From Octopus vulgaris (taxonomy: Eukaryota): DNA of 64,000 bases. The notes below the pieces were generated by a model that saw only the letters and a program-made list of their open reading frames with translations, ran no database searches and had not been told where the DNA came from. Shown here piece after piece: positions 51,548 through 64,000 of this stretch. The stretch spans positions 45,322,001 to 45,386,000 of the forward strand of contig OX597833.1 in the NCBI GenBank assembly GCA_951406725.2. Direction: 5' to 3'. A program made the translations under genes and the position numbers. Within the stretch, counting starts at the first letter, position 1, and every line of letters begins with the position of its first letter.

Positions 51548-52336
51548 TCTAGTTTGTTTCATTCGCAAAATATGCATTTTTAAAAGGAAGTAAAAAATCT
51601 GAAAATCTGTTATAAAAATGTAACCTTCCAGTCTCATTGTTATGAAGGTATGATGTGGAGGAAAAAAATTGGAGAAAAAATTCATTTAAAAATCGAAACA
51701 ACTGGGTATTTTTAGCCAATAGTGAGACAGAAATTTTCTGCGTTTAGCGAGGCGGTGTCAACTTTAAGGTTGTACCCTGTGAAATTTAGCGTCTGACCTG
51801 TTCATCGTAGGTTTCTAAATATACAGAAATTCCTAATAAAATCAACATGTATCATCTTACTCGTTCTTTTGTCTCTTCATTGACTGTATGCTTTTATCAT
51901 TTGTTAAAATTTATTATATTAATATATTTGTTTGCATGTGTTTTCTTTATGCGTACTTGAGTATTATGTATACCTGCCATGTATTTATGTACATCATTAA
52001 TATATAAGTCCGTGTGTGTGTGTGTGTGTGTGTATGTGTGTGTGTGAAGGGGCGTCTGTCTCAAAAACTCCAAAGTTGAGTAACGTTTTCATGACTGGAT
52101 TTGTAAACTACGTTAAGAATAACACTGGTCAATAAAGAATTTGTCCAAAGGAAAAGAATGCCTGTACTCTATACGTTTTTGCATGCAAAATTAAAAAATA
52201 ATGTCAAATTATCTGTATCACCCACAGCTTCTCTGTTTCACTATATCCCTCCCAGTTCCTGTTACGCGTGCTAAATGTCAGTTAAGCTGTTGAAATTTGA
52301 AGCTAACTGCTTAAGAAATACTCTTAATTTAATTTA

Positions 52337-52501
52337 GGCGCAGGAGTGGCTGTGTGGTAAGTAGCTTGCTAACCAACCACATGGTTCCGGGTTCAGTCCC
52401 ACTGCGTGGCATCTTGGACAAGTGTCTTCTGCTATAGCCCCGGGCCGACCAATGCCTTATGAGTGGATTTGGTAGACGGAAACTGAAAGAAGCCTGTCGT
52501 A

Positions 52502-52570
<69 letters not shown>

Positions 52571-52790
52571 TTGTGTGTGTTTGTCCCTCCCACATCGCTT
52601 GACAACCGATGCTGGTGTGTTTACGTCCCCGTCACTTAGCGGTTCGGCAAAAGAGACCGATAGAATAAGTACTGGGCTTACAAAAAGAATAAGTCCCGGG
52701 GTCGAGTTGCTCGATTAAAGGCTGTGCTCCAGCATGGCCGCAGTCAAATGACTGAAACAAGTAAAAGAGAGAGTAAAAGAGAAAAGAGAG
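52337..52790 (+). mobile_element. SINE family A, full length
   Basis: Matches the family. Confidence 0.9.
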
Positions 52791-53505
52791 AATTAACCTG
52801 GTGAAATCATAAATCCAGCCATCTGAGTGAATGAGTCCTAAAAATATATGAAATGAAAAGAACAGAAAAATACTAACACACAAAAGCACAGAAAAATATG
52901 TAATATACTAACACACAGAAAAATTAAAACAAAACACGCAGGTGAAAAGAATCACGCGGTGTGAAGAATCAAGTGTGAAAAATCAACATAGACAACAGTG
53001 AACCATAACACAGCGTGCTGTTGTCATGGTAACAAGATGCTAATGCCACGCTGTCTGTTGATTGGCTAAAATTGCCCAAATTTCCCAACTTTAATTCCAA
53101 ATAACATCAGATTCTTTAATTTACGAGATAAAGTAATTGGTTGATCGTAAACGAAATTCAGAGATGCATCAATACACCAAAATTGAAGCAATTTGAGTAA
53201 AATTAAGGGGTGGGGTTCATTTTGCGAATGAGAAAAACTAGATCCTATATATATACACACACACATACACATGCATATATGTATGTATGTACGTATGTAT
53301 ATATATATACTCACATACACGCACGCACACATCATATTTGATCGCTTATTATAAGCATACAGTCTTACAAAGACGCGCCTTAATTTTGACAGGCCGTTCC
53401 TTGAAAAACACATGTTCGGTCTTTGCCTGACATTCGTAGCTTCCACCTACCCAGCTATCAAGTCATTTTAAAGCTTGATGTTTTGAGTTATGAAACCGTG
53501 GTATG

Positions 53506-53677
53506 GGCGCAGGAGTGGCTGTGTGGTAAGTAGCTTGTTTACCAACCACATGGTTCCGGGTTCAGTCCCACTGTGTGGAACCTTGGGCAAGTGTCTTCTA
53601 CTATAGCCTCGAGCCGACCAATGCTTTGTGAGTGGATTTGGTAGACGGAAACTGAAAAGAAGCCCGTCGTATATATG

Positions 53678-53708
<31 letters not shown>

Positions 53709-53920
53709 TTGTGTCTGTGTTTGTCCCCCTAGCATTGCTTGACAACCGATGCTGGTGTGTTTATGTCCCCGTCACTTAGCGGTTCGGCAAAAGAGACCGA
53801 TAGAATAAGTACTGGGCTTACAAAAGAATAAGTCTCGGGGTCGCGTTGCTCGATTAAAGGCGGTGCTCCAGCATGGCCGCAGTCAAATGACTGAAACAAG
53901 TAAAAGAGTAAAAGAGAGAG
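53506..53920 (+). mobile_element. SINE family A, full length
   Basis: Matches the family. Confidence 0.9.
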
Positions 53921-54693
53921 TATATCTCATATGAAAAAAATTCAAGCCGTTTGTTTCTATATTCCTCGCTAAAATACACTCCCTCTGTGAGTCGATTAAT
54001 TTCTTTAAAATAATTGCGAATTTAGACTGGTTTGGTGAAACAACTACGGTACTGAGTCAAAGATCGAGCAAGCCTGGGATCAGAAGTGATTCTGGATATC
54101 TGGAATTTCCAGTTTTCTGGAGACAGGTTAAATATCTCATCATTCTTTTCCTTTTTACTTGTTTCTGTCAGTAGACTGTGGCCATGCTGGGGCACCGTCT
54201 TGAGGAATTTTAGTCGAACTAATCGACTCCAGTAGTTATTTTCTTTTTTAAGCCAGGTACTTATTCTATCGATCTCTTTTGACGATCCGCTTAGTTACGG
54301 GGACGTAAACACACCAGCTCTCACTCTCTCTCTTTCTCACACATACATAGAGGGCAGGCTTCTTTCAGTTTCCATCTGCCAAATTCACTCACAAGGCTTT
54401 GGTCTTGTAAAGAAGAGTGTCTTTAATCTTTGTTAATCCACATGAAAAAAAAAAATAAAGAACAAAACTATTTTTAAAACAACAGATACAATTAACCAAC
54501 TTCAAAAAACGGTCTATTTTTATTAAATAGAGATTACAGTCTCGATTTTGCAGTGTCCCTGGATTTCTAGAAGTCGGATAAGAGGTCCGGTACTGCATAA
54601 CTTTTGTTTCTATTCACTAAAGTCCTTTGGGATCAAGATAAGATTTTATTATTAAAATTTATGTACAATAAATTGCTTATATTTTTTACAATA

Positions 54694-55098
54694 CTCTTTT
54701 ACTAGTTTCAGTCATTTGACTGCGGCCATGCTGGAGCACCGTTTTTTGTCGAGCAAATCGACCCCAGGACTTATTCTTTGCAAGCCTAAGTACTTATTCA
54801 ATCGGTCTATTTTGCCGAATCGCTAAGTTATGTAGACGTAAACACACCACCATCGGTTGTCAAGCGATGTTGGGTGGGGGGGGGGACAAACATAGACATC
54901 CAAACATATAGACATACATATATGCATATATACGACGGGCTTTTTTCAGTTTCCGTCAACCAAATCCACTCACAAGGCTTTGGTCGGCGCGAGGCTATAT
55001 AGCAGAACACACTTGCCCAAGTTGCCACGCAGTGGGAATGAACCCGGAACCATGTGGTTGGTATGCAAGCTACTTACCACACAGCCACTCCTGCGCCT
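54694..55098 (-). mobile_element. SINE family A, full length
   Basis: Reverse complement of the family. An older fragment lies at about 54140-54405. Confidence 0.9.
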
Positions 55099-55672
55099 AA
55101 CAATTTATTAAATACAATTCCTAATAATATTTAACTATAAAAATATAATATGAACTTTTAAATGTCGGATGGCTAGGAGGGTCCACCCAAGTAAAATAGA
55201 AATTACAGTTGAAAAATGCTTGAGAACTACTTACTTCAGTAGTGCTTAAAACACAAATTAATGAATGGTTCCTACTTAAGGACATGACGGATTTTTTTCT
55301 CTCTCTAAGCGACTATAATTACAGATAAGTACAGTTAAAATGTGAAGTATATAAGTATTTAAATTTTGTTGAAATATCACCATATAAAATGAATTATTAG
55401 CCAATATTATATTACATTATGTTATATTATGGCATATATAACTTAATTAATACATTATATTATAATAGCAAAATTTCGTTTATTTAAAAATTTTTTTTTT
55501 CATCTTTTATTTCTTACTTGTTTCAGTCATTGGACTATGGCCATGCTGGGGCACTGCTTTGAAGAGTTCTGTCGAATAAAGAAAACCCAGTACTTCCTCC
55601 CCCCTTTTTTATGCCAGGTACTTATTATTTTTTCAATTTTTACCAAACCAATAAGTTACAGGGAGAAAGGTG

Positions 55673-55761
<89 letters not shown>

Positions 55762-55829
55762 ATCCAAACATGAAAACACAACAACGCGAGGACGTGGAAC
55801 AAATATAGTATTATTGGACGCTCAGGAAG

Positions 55830-55900
<71 letters not shown>

Positions 55901-55948
55901 CATGCATGTATGTATGCACGTATGTATGTATGTATATGCATGTGTATG

Positions 55949-55980
<32 letters not shown>

Positions 55981-56016
55981 CGAGTGTGAAAGTGTGTGTA
56001 TGTATCTCTCTCTCTC

Positions 56017-56048
<32 letters not shown>

Positions 56049-56782
56049 AAGAGAGAGACGATGGGCTTTCACGAAGTTTCCGTCAACCAAATTCACTCAC
56101 ACGGCACTGATCTATCCGGAGCTATAGTAGAAGATACTTGCGTAAAGGAGCTGCACGGTGGGACTGAACCCGAAACCACATGGCTGCAAAGCAAGCTTCT
56201 TAACCTCACACTTATGGCTGCTGTATTTGTTTTTTTTTTTTTGCATATATTTTGCAAACCGATTCGTCTGCAATGTCATTGTACAGAACATTTGAAAAGG
56301 AATTTGCAACAGGAAATAGGGATAAGGTCCAGCCTCTTCAGAACATTTTGGATTAAAAATATTTTGAAATATTCACTGCATTCTCTGGACATCATCGCTT
56401 TCATTCATGCGCTCCGACATATTTTACATATGCGATCATTAACATATACGGTTCAACAGTGAATGGCTTTCTTGCGGGTTCGAATATGCCCCCCCACCCC
56501 CAATATTTGAACTGGTAATAATGGTCACGCATTTATACACATTACTGTTTGGCGCCGCCACTCTGTAACTTGCTTACAGTGAGCCACCGATTAGTACTAT
56601 AAGTCATTGTAAGGTGAGAGGAATACCATAAAAGAGAAAATCCCTCTTATCAGCTCGCAGCGCATCCTGTCCGGTTTCTGTGACTGAAGGGGAGATAACC
56701 ACTTCAAAATGCTTGTATCTCACAGTCCGGGTAGGTGACACTGCGAGATGATTCTTGGTGTATTTACACCATTTGTCTGCAG

Positions 56783-57841
56783 CAGGGGTTCTAAACTATT
56801 TTTTGTCTATAGACTCCATTGATTACTATTTTAAGATCTTTTCTGTTTAGCTGCACATCTGGAAATTTTGAAGATTAGCGAAAATTTCAAAATTTGGTGT
56901 ATTGATGTAATTTTCCACGCTAAATCTCAGGAGATAATTCACTTTTTCCATAAAATAAAATAAAAAAGTTACAGAGGTTAAAGTTTGATAATTTTTACCC
57001 AGTCAGAAAACAGGATTTGGAAGCTGTCATTGTGTGCGTGACAGCATGTGTTGTCAACTGTAAACAAATGATTCTTACATTAGGCACGTCATATAACCTC
57101 TCATAACTTTTTGATTTTTTTTTGGAATTTTTAGAAAATTTTTGCGAATTTGTATTCTACACACGGGGATTCATACAATTACGCAAAAAAAAGAAAATTC
57201 GTGCGTGATTTAAGGCCTATTAAGCTGTTATTTTTAGCACACCTCATACCACATGTGTTTTAAGCATTTAATAAGCGACAAAAAGAACACGTGGTCAGCA
57301 GCTTGGTAACAGCTTGGCTTGTTGCTATGGAAACAGGACCTATATGTCTGTGGCTCTCGATTGGCTAAAATTACCCCAAAATTTGCAAACTTTAAAAGCT
57401 ATTAACTTTTTATTTATTGATTTATGGCGAAAGTGAAATTCATGTCAATGATTACTTTACAAAATTACACCAATACACCAAATATGAAATCAATTGGAAC
57501 AAAAACTGAAGAAATTGGTAAGTGACATCCAGACAGAAGGGTTCCTATTTTATTCTGTTGGACTCCCAAAGCCATTCGATGTTTAAAAACTAATTTTATT
57601 GGAACTTCTTTCAAAATTCCTGTTTTATTCTTCACAGATTAACTTGTGTAAGTTGAACTATATAAAATGTTAGAGAAAGAAAGCTAGTTGTTTCTTGCAA
57701 TACATATCAACAGAAAGAAAATTTTTTTCAAGGGCTCTTAAAATACAACTGCGGATCCCCAATTTGCTATTTGTTTCGTGGGACCCAAAACATTTTATAT
57801 GGACCCTCAGGGACAATATGGACCTTGATTGAGAACCACTG
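56783..57841. mobile_element. hAT-type MITE (same family as 30203-31807) with nested TIR element at about 56834-57545
   Basis: caggggttct...gagaaccactg termini; ctatttta is duplicated around the insert. Confidence 0.65.
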
Positions 57842-57989
57842 GTCTACAGCAAGAAATTTTCCCCCATGACAAAACAGAGTGAATGGCTTTCTTAGGGTTT
57901 CAATACTTCCGAAGAATATTTGAACTGAAGAAACCCAGAGAACATGGTAAATGTGTACAGACTAATACTTATATATTCTTTAGCCCAAT

Positions 57990-58353
57990 GCCTCTCTTTT
58001 ACTCTTTTACTTGTTTCAGTCATTTGACTCTGGCCATGCTGGAGCACTGCCTTTAGTCGAGCAAATCGACCCCGGGACTTAGTCTTTGTAAGCCCAGTAC
58101 TTATTCTATCGGTTTCTTTTGCCGAATCGCTAAGTTGCGGGGAAGTGAACACACTAGCATCGATTGTCAAGCGATGTTGGGGGGACAAACAGACTAACAA
58201 ATATACAAACATTTATATACATATATACGACGGGCTTCTTTCAGTTTCCGTCTACCACATCCACTCACAAGGCTTTGGTCGGCCCGAGGCTATAGTAGCA
58301 GACACTTGCCCAAGGTGCCACGCAGTGGGAATGAACCCGGAACCATGTGGTTG
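57990..58353 (-). mobile_element. SINE family A, 5'-truncated
   Basis: Reverse complement of the family. Confidence 0.88.
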
Positions 58354-58429
58354 AATTAAATTTGAAATCGTTCATTTCGTTACAACTAGATTTCATGTCT
58401 CCATTACTAAAGGTAGAATAAGATTGAAT

Positions 58430-58974
<545 letters not shown>

Positions 58975-59002
58975 CATATATATATATATATATATACATA
59001 CA

Positions 59003-59034
<32 letters not shown>

Positions 59035-59163
59035 CATATAATTTTAATCCAAACGGGAAAACAGAAAAAACAACAACACGTGGAACAATTACAGTATTAT
59101 TATTAATAGGCGCTCAGGAAAGATGGAAGCAGGAAATATATATATATATATGTCTGTATGTAT

Positions 59164-59222
<59 letters not shown>

Positions 59223-59319
59223 CGTATATAGCTGAAATTTACAGAAAAACAAAAGACAAAGAGAGGTGTATGAACATCAAGCAGATGTATTAGTTAAATT
59301 TTCGGGAAAATGAAAAAGT

Positions 59320-59354
59320 CTTTTACGTTTCGATCCTACGCTCTTCAACAGAAA
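59320..59354 (-). ncRNA. Minimal hammerhead motif with CTGTTGA core in a short element (about 59228-59400)
   Basis: CTTT-CTGTTGA-a-GAGC-gtag-GaTC-GAAA-CG-TA-AAAG. Confidence 0.6.
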
Positions 59355-59890
59355 GGAATATGAGAAAATAATAAAACGTGTAAATTTAGCGATCAAGCAT
59401 GGTGGCCGTGCTTCCACAGAGTTTCCGCCTGCGAAATTCACTCACAAGGTATTGGCGTAAGGTTACATAGCAAGACACATTTGCCCAAGGGGCCGCGCAG
59501 TAGACTGACGCTGAAACGTTGAGGTAAAGAAAGCATCTTAATCACAGTCATGCGTGCGCCTTTTTCAGTGTCATTTTTTTTCTTCCATTTTTTTGATACC
59601 CGGTAAGAGTTAACACCCGGATTTAACCATCATTCACAACAGCAATCAAGTGTTAAAAGTAAGAAATTTTTGATTTTATTCATAGTATTTGGGTGGACAG
59701 TATTCATGAGCCATTTGTTCATTTCTTGGTGTGGTTAAGTGGTGGATTTTTGGATTTTGTTTAAGTGAGAAAGAATCGTAGAGATTCAGAAAGAGAGCGG
59801 GAAAGAGTGAGAAAAATGAAAGAGAAAGACGGCGGAAATACAGAACTAGGAAGGAGTGAGAGAAAGAGAGAAATAAAGAGAGAGATATAA

Positions 59891-59925
<35 letters not shown>

Positions 59926-59986
59926 GTGTGTGTACTTGGTGCCTATCTCGAATAAATGGTTGAGAGAGAACGCAGGGTTTGTAGAT

Positions 59987-60008
59987 GTTTGGCGGGACAC
60001 TTCCGGTG
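59987..60008. promoter_or_regulatory. Adjacent E2F-like (TTTGGCGGGA) and ETS-like (ACTTCCGG) motifs
   Basis: Motif match in a TE-free region next to a (GA)n tract; function is inferred only. Confidence 0.3.
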
Positions 60009-60275
60009 TGGAAGCCATTAATGGTGGTGAGGATTATGTGTGCGTGTATAAGTGTATGTATGTATGTGTGTATGAATATGTACGTTTGCGTGTGTGTGTG
60101 TGTGTGTAGTTTGTTCTTTTCCCGTTCTTTCAGTTGATGGATGGTGGTGGTGGTGGTGGTGGGTTGATATGTTAATGGTGGTGGTGGGAAAATGCGGGGG
60201 TAGTAATGAACGGGTGAAGGTGGATGACTCGAATCCCACATTTCTTGGTGTGTCTTAACCACAACCAGCTGTGTG

Positions 60276-60307
<32 letters not shown>

Positions 60308-62266
60308 TGTATGTATGTATGTATGTATGTATGTACGTATGTATGTATGCATGTATGTATGTATGCATGTATGTATGTATGCATGTATGTATGTATGTAT
60401 GTATGTATGCGTGTGTATGTAAGCATGTGTAAATGTATGTGTGTATATGTCTATGTATGTATGGACAAGAGTATATAAGTATGCATGTATGTATGTGTGT
60501 ACATGAATAAATGAATGGATGTATATATGACGTATCTAAATTTGCATTCGTGTGTATATATGTGTGTGTGTGTGTGTGTGTGTTGTTTCTGTAACGGATA
60601 TATGTGATTTTCAGTGTTTATAAATCATACGCGCATTTTGAATCATGTGTTCCTTAAAATACGAACACACACACACACGCACACACACACACACATACAC
60701 ACAATTATATATGCGTTTAGTATATATATATATATTTATATGTGTGTGTGTATACACACATATATACAAGTCTGTGTACTGGTGTGTATATGGCAGGGGG
60801 TGGGGTAGTTGTTACACATTTTGTTTCATTGAATATTCTTGTTTTTCCTCTTAATTTTTTTGGTGTGTGTGTGGGGGTGGGTGGGATGGAAGGGGTGGGT
60901 GTGGGGATTTGTTTTCAAATCCGAATCATATGAAAAAAAAGCAAAAAAAAACAGAAAAAAACAAAAATACAAAACAAAACTTTATTCACCCGTCACAGCA
61001 AACATTGTTTAACAGTGTTTCTGATGGCCTCTTTGATGCTTTCAACACTACCACCACCACCACCACCACCACCATCACCACTAACAACAACAACAACAAA
61101 AACAACAACAACTATTATCACAGCAGCATCATAAAATGAAATGTAATAAAAGACAAAAAAAACAATAACAAAAACTAAACAAAAAAAACTAGAAAACATC
61201 AACGAGAAGAACAGCAGTAAAACCTAAACAAAACAAAACAAAATACATAAGTCAATAAATAAATAAATAAATAATAAGTAAAACAAACGGGGGGAAATAT
61301 CAAGAATATGAAAAAATAACAGCAAAAAATATAAATATAAAATCTAAAGGAAATAAAAAAAAACCAACACATACATATATAAATACACAAAAATATATAT
61401 ATACACAAAAAAAAAAGGAATTAAAAAAAATAAATCAAAAAGAAGGAAACGGTGGCTTTGAACACGTGGGTGTCTTGTCCCAAAACAGAAGGAAAACGTT
61501 GCCAAGTTTTGCTTGAATTCTCAATATGGAAACGCGTCGTTTTTTTATCAGGCTGTTTTTTCTGCTTACCTTCTTCCAGATGGTTCTTCAATTAGAGGGT
61601 AAGTCATTGAAGGGTTTTGTTGTTGTTGTTGTTGTTGATATGTGTTATTTGCTTGTTTGTTTGTTTATTTGTTTGATGTATTCTTTATTCATTCATTCAT
61701 TCATTCATTCATTTGTTGCGAGATTCTCTTATTCTGTCGTTGGAGCAACGGTCTGAGGACGTCTTTGTACACGATCGCCATGGAACGTAGGACACACAGC
61801 GACACGCTCACCAAACACACAGGCTCACGCGCGCGCACACACATAGATATACACACGCACTCATAAACACACATACACACACACACACACACATACAAAA
61901 TAAAATCGTTCACAAGCATACCCACGATCAGAAAATCAGACGTGTATACGAAAACCTAAAATCGCAAAGATTCACGCATGAATCAGGCTTAACGTGATTT
62001 AATCATTAGACACATTCATACGCTAACCAAAGACAAAAAAAAAAAAATCACATACATATATATACGAAAATTCGTATATAGACACATGCAAAGGCAAACC
62101 CTAAATCACTGACATACACATGGAAATTTATAGGTAGACAAACGTATTACACAAACCCAAGATTGACACATACATACGCAAACCTCTAAAATCACATACG
62201 TATATATGAAAATGCATGCAAAATCGCATGCACACACAAACATTAAAATCACACATACATGCAATT

Positions 62267-62299
<33 letters not shown>

Positions 62300-62440
62300 A
62301 TCTGGTGCTTGACTGAGGAAAGAAAACTTCGAATGACCCGTCCTTGTTTTCTTTGTATCGTCCATCTGGATGTTTTGTTGTCCCTTTTTGTATCACCTAA
62401 CTGTCCGGATGTTTTGTGTTCTTGTCCCATTTTGTATTTT

Positions 62441-62494
<54 letters not shown>

Positions 62495-63156
62495 AAATAC
62501 AAAATGGGACAAGAACTCAAAACATAGCGGCGTACATACACTTTGGTCTCTTATTTGTAACGCCATACTAATACATTTGTTTGTTTGTACTCCACCTGCC
62601 TTCGTCTTTTGTTTATTTTCGTATACCTTCCCGTTATATATATATATATATAGAACAAGTGCGTGTACAAACAAATATACTGACTCAACCGAGTACTTTC
62701 TCAATCACACCATGCTTAAAAACATTGGCGGTAACGCACCTCCAATGTACATATGAACACATCTCGTTTACTAAGGCTTCTCTCTCTATCTCGTTTGTAT
62801 ATGTTGACTGAAACCTTTTCAATTGCATCGCATGAAATCAGTCAGTGGTTTTATGATCCACTCGTTATATCGTAAGATAACTTCTCATCAAATGATTGTC
62901 GTTGTTGCTCTTGTAGCAGGAATTATGTTAAATTATCTCTTCAATAATATATGTACATTGATATGTCCACACAGCTACATATATATATATATTCGATATG
63001 TATATAATTTGACAAACATACATGTATGTAAAAGAAATACCGTAATATCTATTGTGGAAGTACTCTATTACATCTATCCAAAATATACATAGATGGAAAC
63101 ACATCAGTATGTATGTGCGTGTATGTATATATATTATCTATCTATCTATCTATCTT

Positions 63157-63249
<93 letters not shown>

Positions 63250-63369
63250 TTATTTATCTATCTACCGATCGTTCGATCTATTTCTCTACATGAATATTTG
63301 TGATTCATGTATGTGTGTATATTTATCTACATACGCGTATAAATGCATGTGATATACATATATACATAT

Positions 63370-63447
<78 letters not shown>

Positions 63448-63450
<3 letters not shown>

Positions 63451-63672
63451 TGTGTGTGTTTGTGTGTCTGTGTTTATCCCCCTAGCATTGCTTGACAACC
63501 GATGCTGGTGTGTTTACGTCCCCGTTACTTAGCGGTTCGGCAAAAGAAACCGATAGAATAAGTACTGGGCTTACAAAAACAATAAGTCCCGGGGTCGAGT
63601 TGCTCGATTAAAGGCGGTGCTCCAGCATGGCCGCAGTCAAATGACTGAAACAAGTAAACGAGTAAAAAAAGA
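63448..63672 (+). mobile_element. SINE family A, 3' half
   Basis: Begins at the internal microsatellite and matches the family tail. Confidence 0.85.
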
Positions 63673-64000
63673 GTATATATATATATACACTCATACATAC
63701 ATATACACACGCACAAACACACACACACACATATATATATATACACATAAATGCATACATACATTAATAGACAGAAAGAATAGATAGATAAATGTATGCT
63801 AAATCATTTAATATATTACATTACAGATTTACACAGACGAATACGCTTGTGTATATAGATGATATCTATGTGTATGTATAAGGATGAGTGTATTTATATC
63901 TGTACATACTTACATACATTTATATACATACATGTGTTTTTATAGGAAAAACGATCCTCCCAAGACACTTGTTTCAACACGACTTTTTCCTCAAGAATCT

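Noticed and set aside
55890-56462. 190-aa ORF
   Set aside because: It consists of microsatellite plus antisense SINE A and AT-rich flank.

Overview
AT-rich, microsatellite-saturated eukaryotic DNA. The SINE families, (TA)n/(CA)n/(AAT)n density and TTAGGG-bearing MITEs point to an octopus (coleoid cephalopod) assembly; this attribution is inference from recognised repeat families. Almost all ORFs in the supplied track are microsatellite or SINE artefacts. The only convincing host-gene signal is the 3' end of a + strand gene (exons 83-169 and 4221-4298), followed by a 35-bp hairpin minisatellite in its presumed 3' UTR. There are weaker hints of a minus-strand gene near 52.8-61.8 kb. The rest is a transposon graveyard: three or more tRNA-derived SINE families; RTE, CR1 and R4/Dong-type LINE fragments; a nearly intact mariner; a foldback mariner; a maT remnant; Merlin/hAT/piggyBac-like MITEs; non-autonomous Helitrons; two solo LTRs; and Penelope-like elements (PLEs). 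The most coherent hidden signal is about ten hammerhead-ribozyme (HHR) motifs from several unrelated short element families, many abutting (TA)n tracts, including recurrent catalytic-core variants (CCGANGA; CTGYTGA). A 2-kb duplication across a 100-N gap and a mosaic patch at 38.3-38.8 kb are probably assembly artefacts. Coordinates of degenerate elements are approximate.
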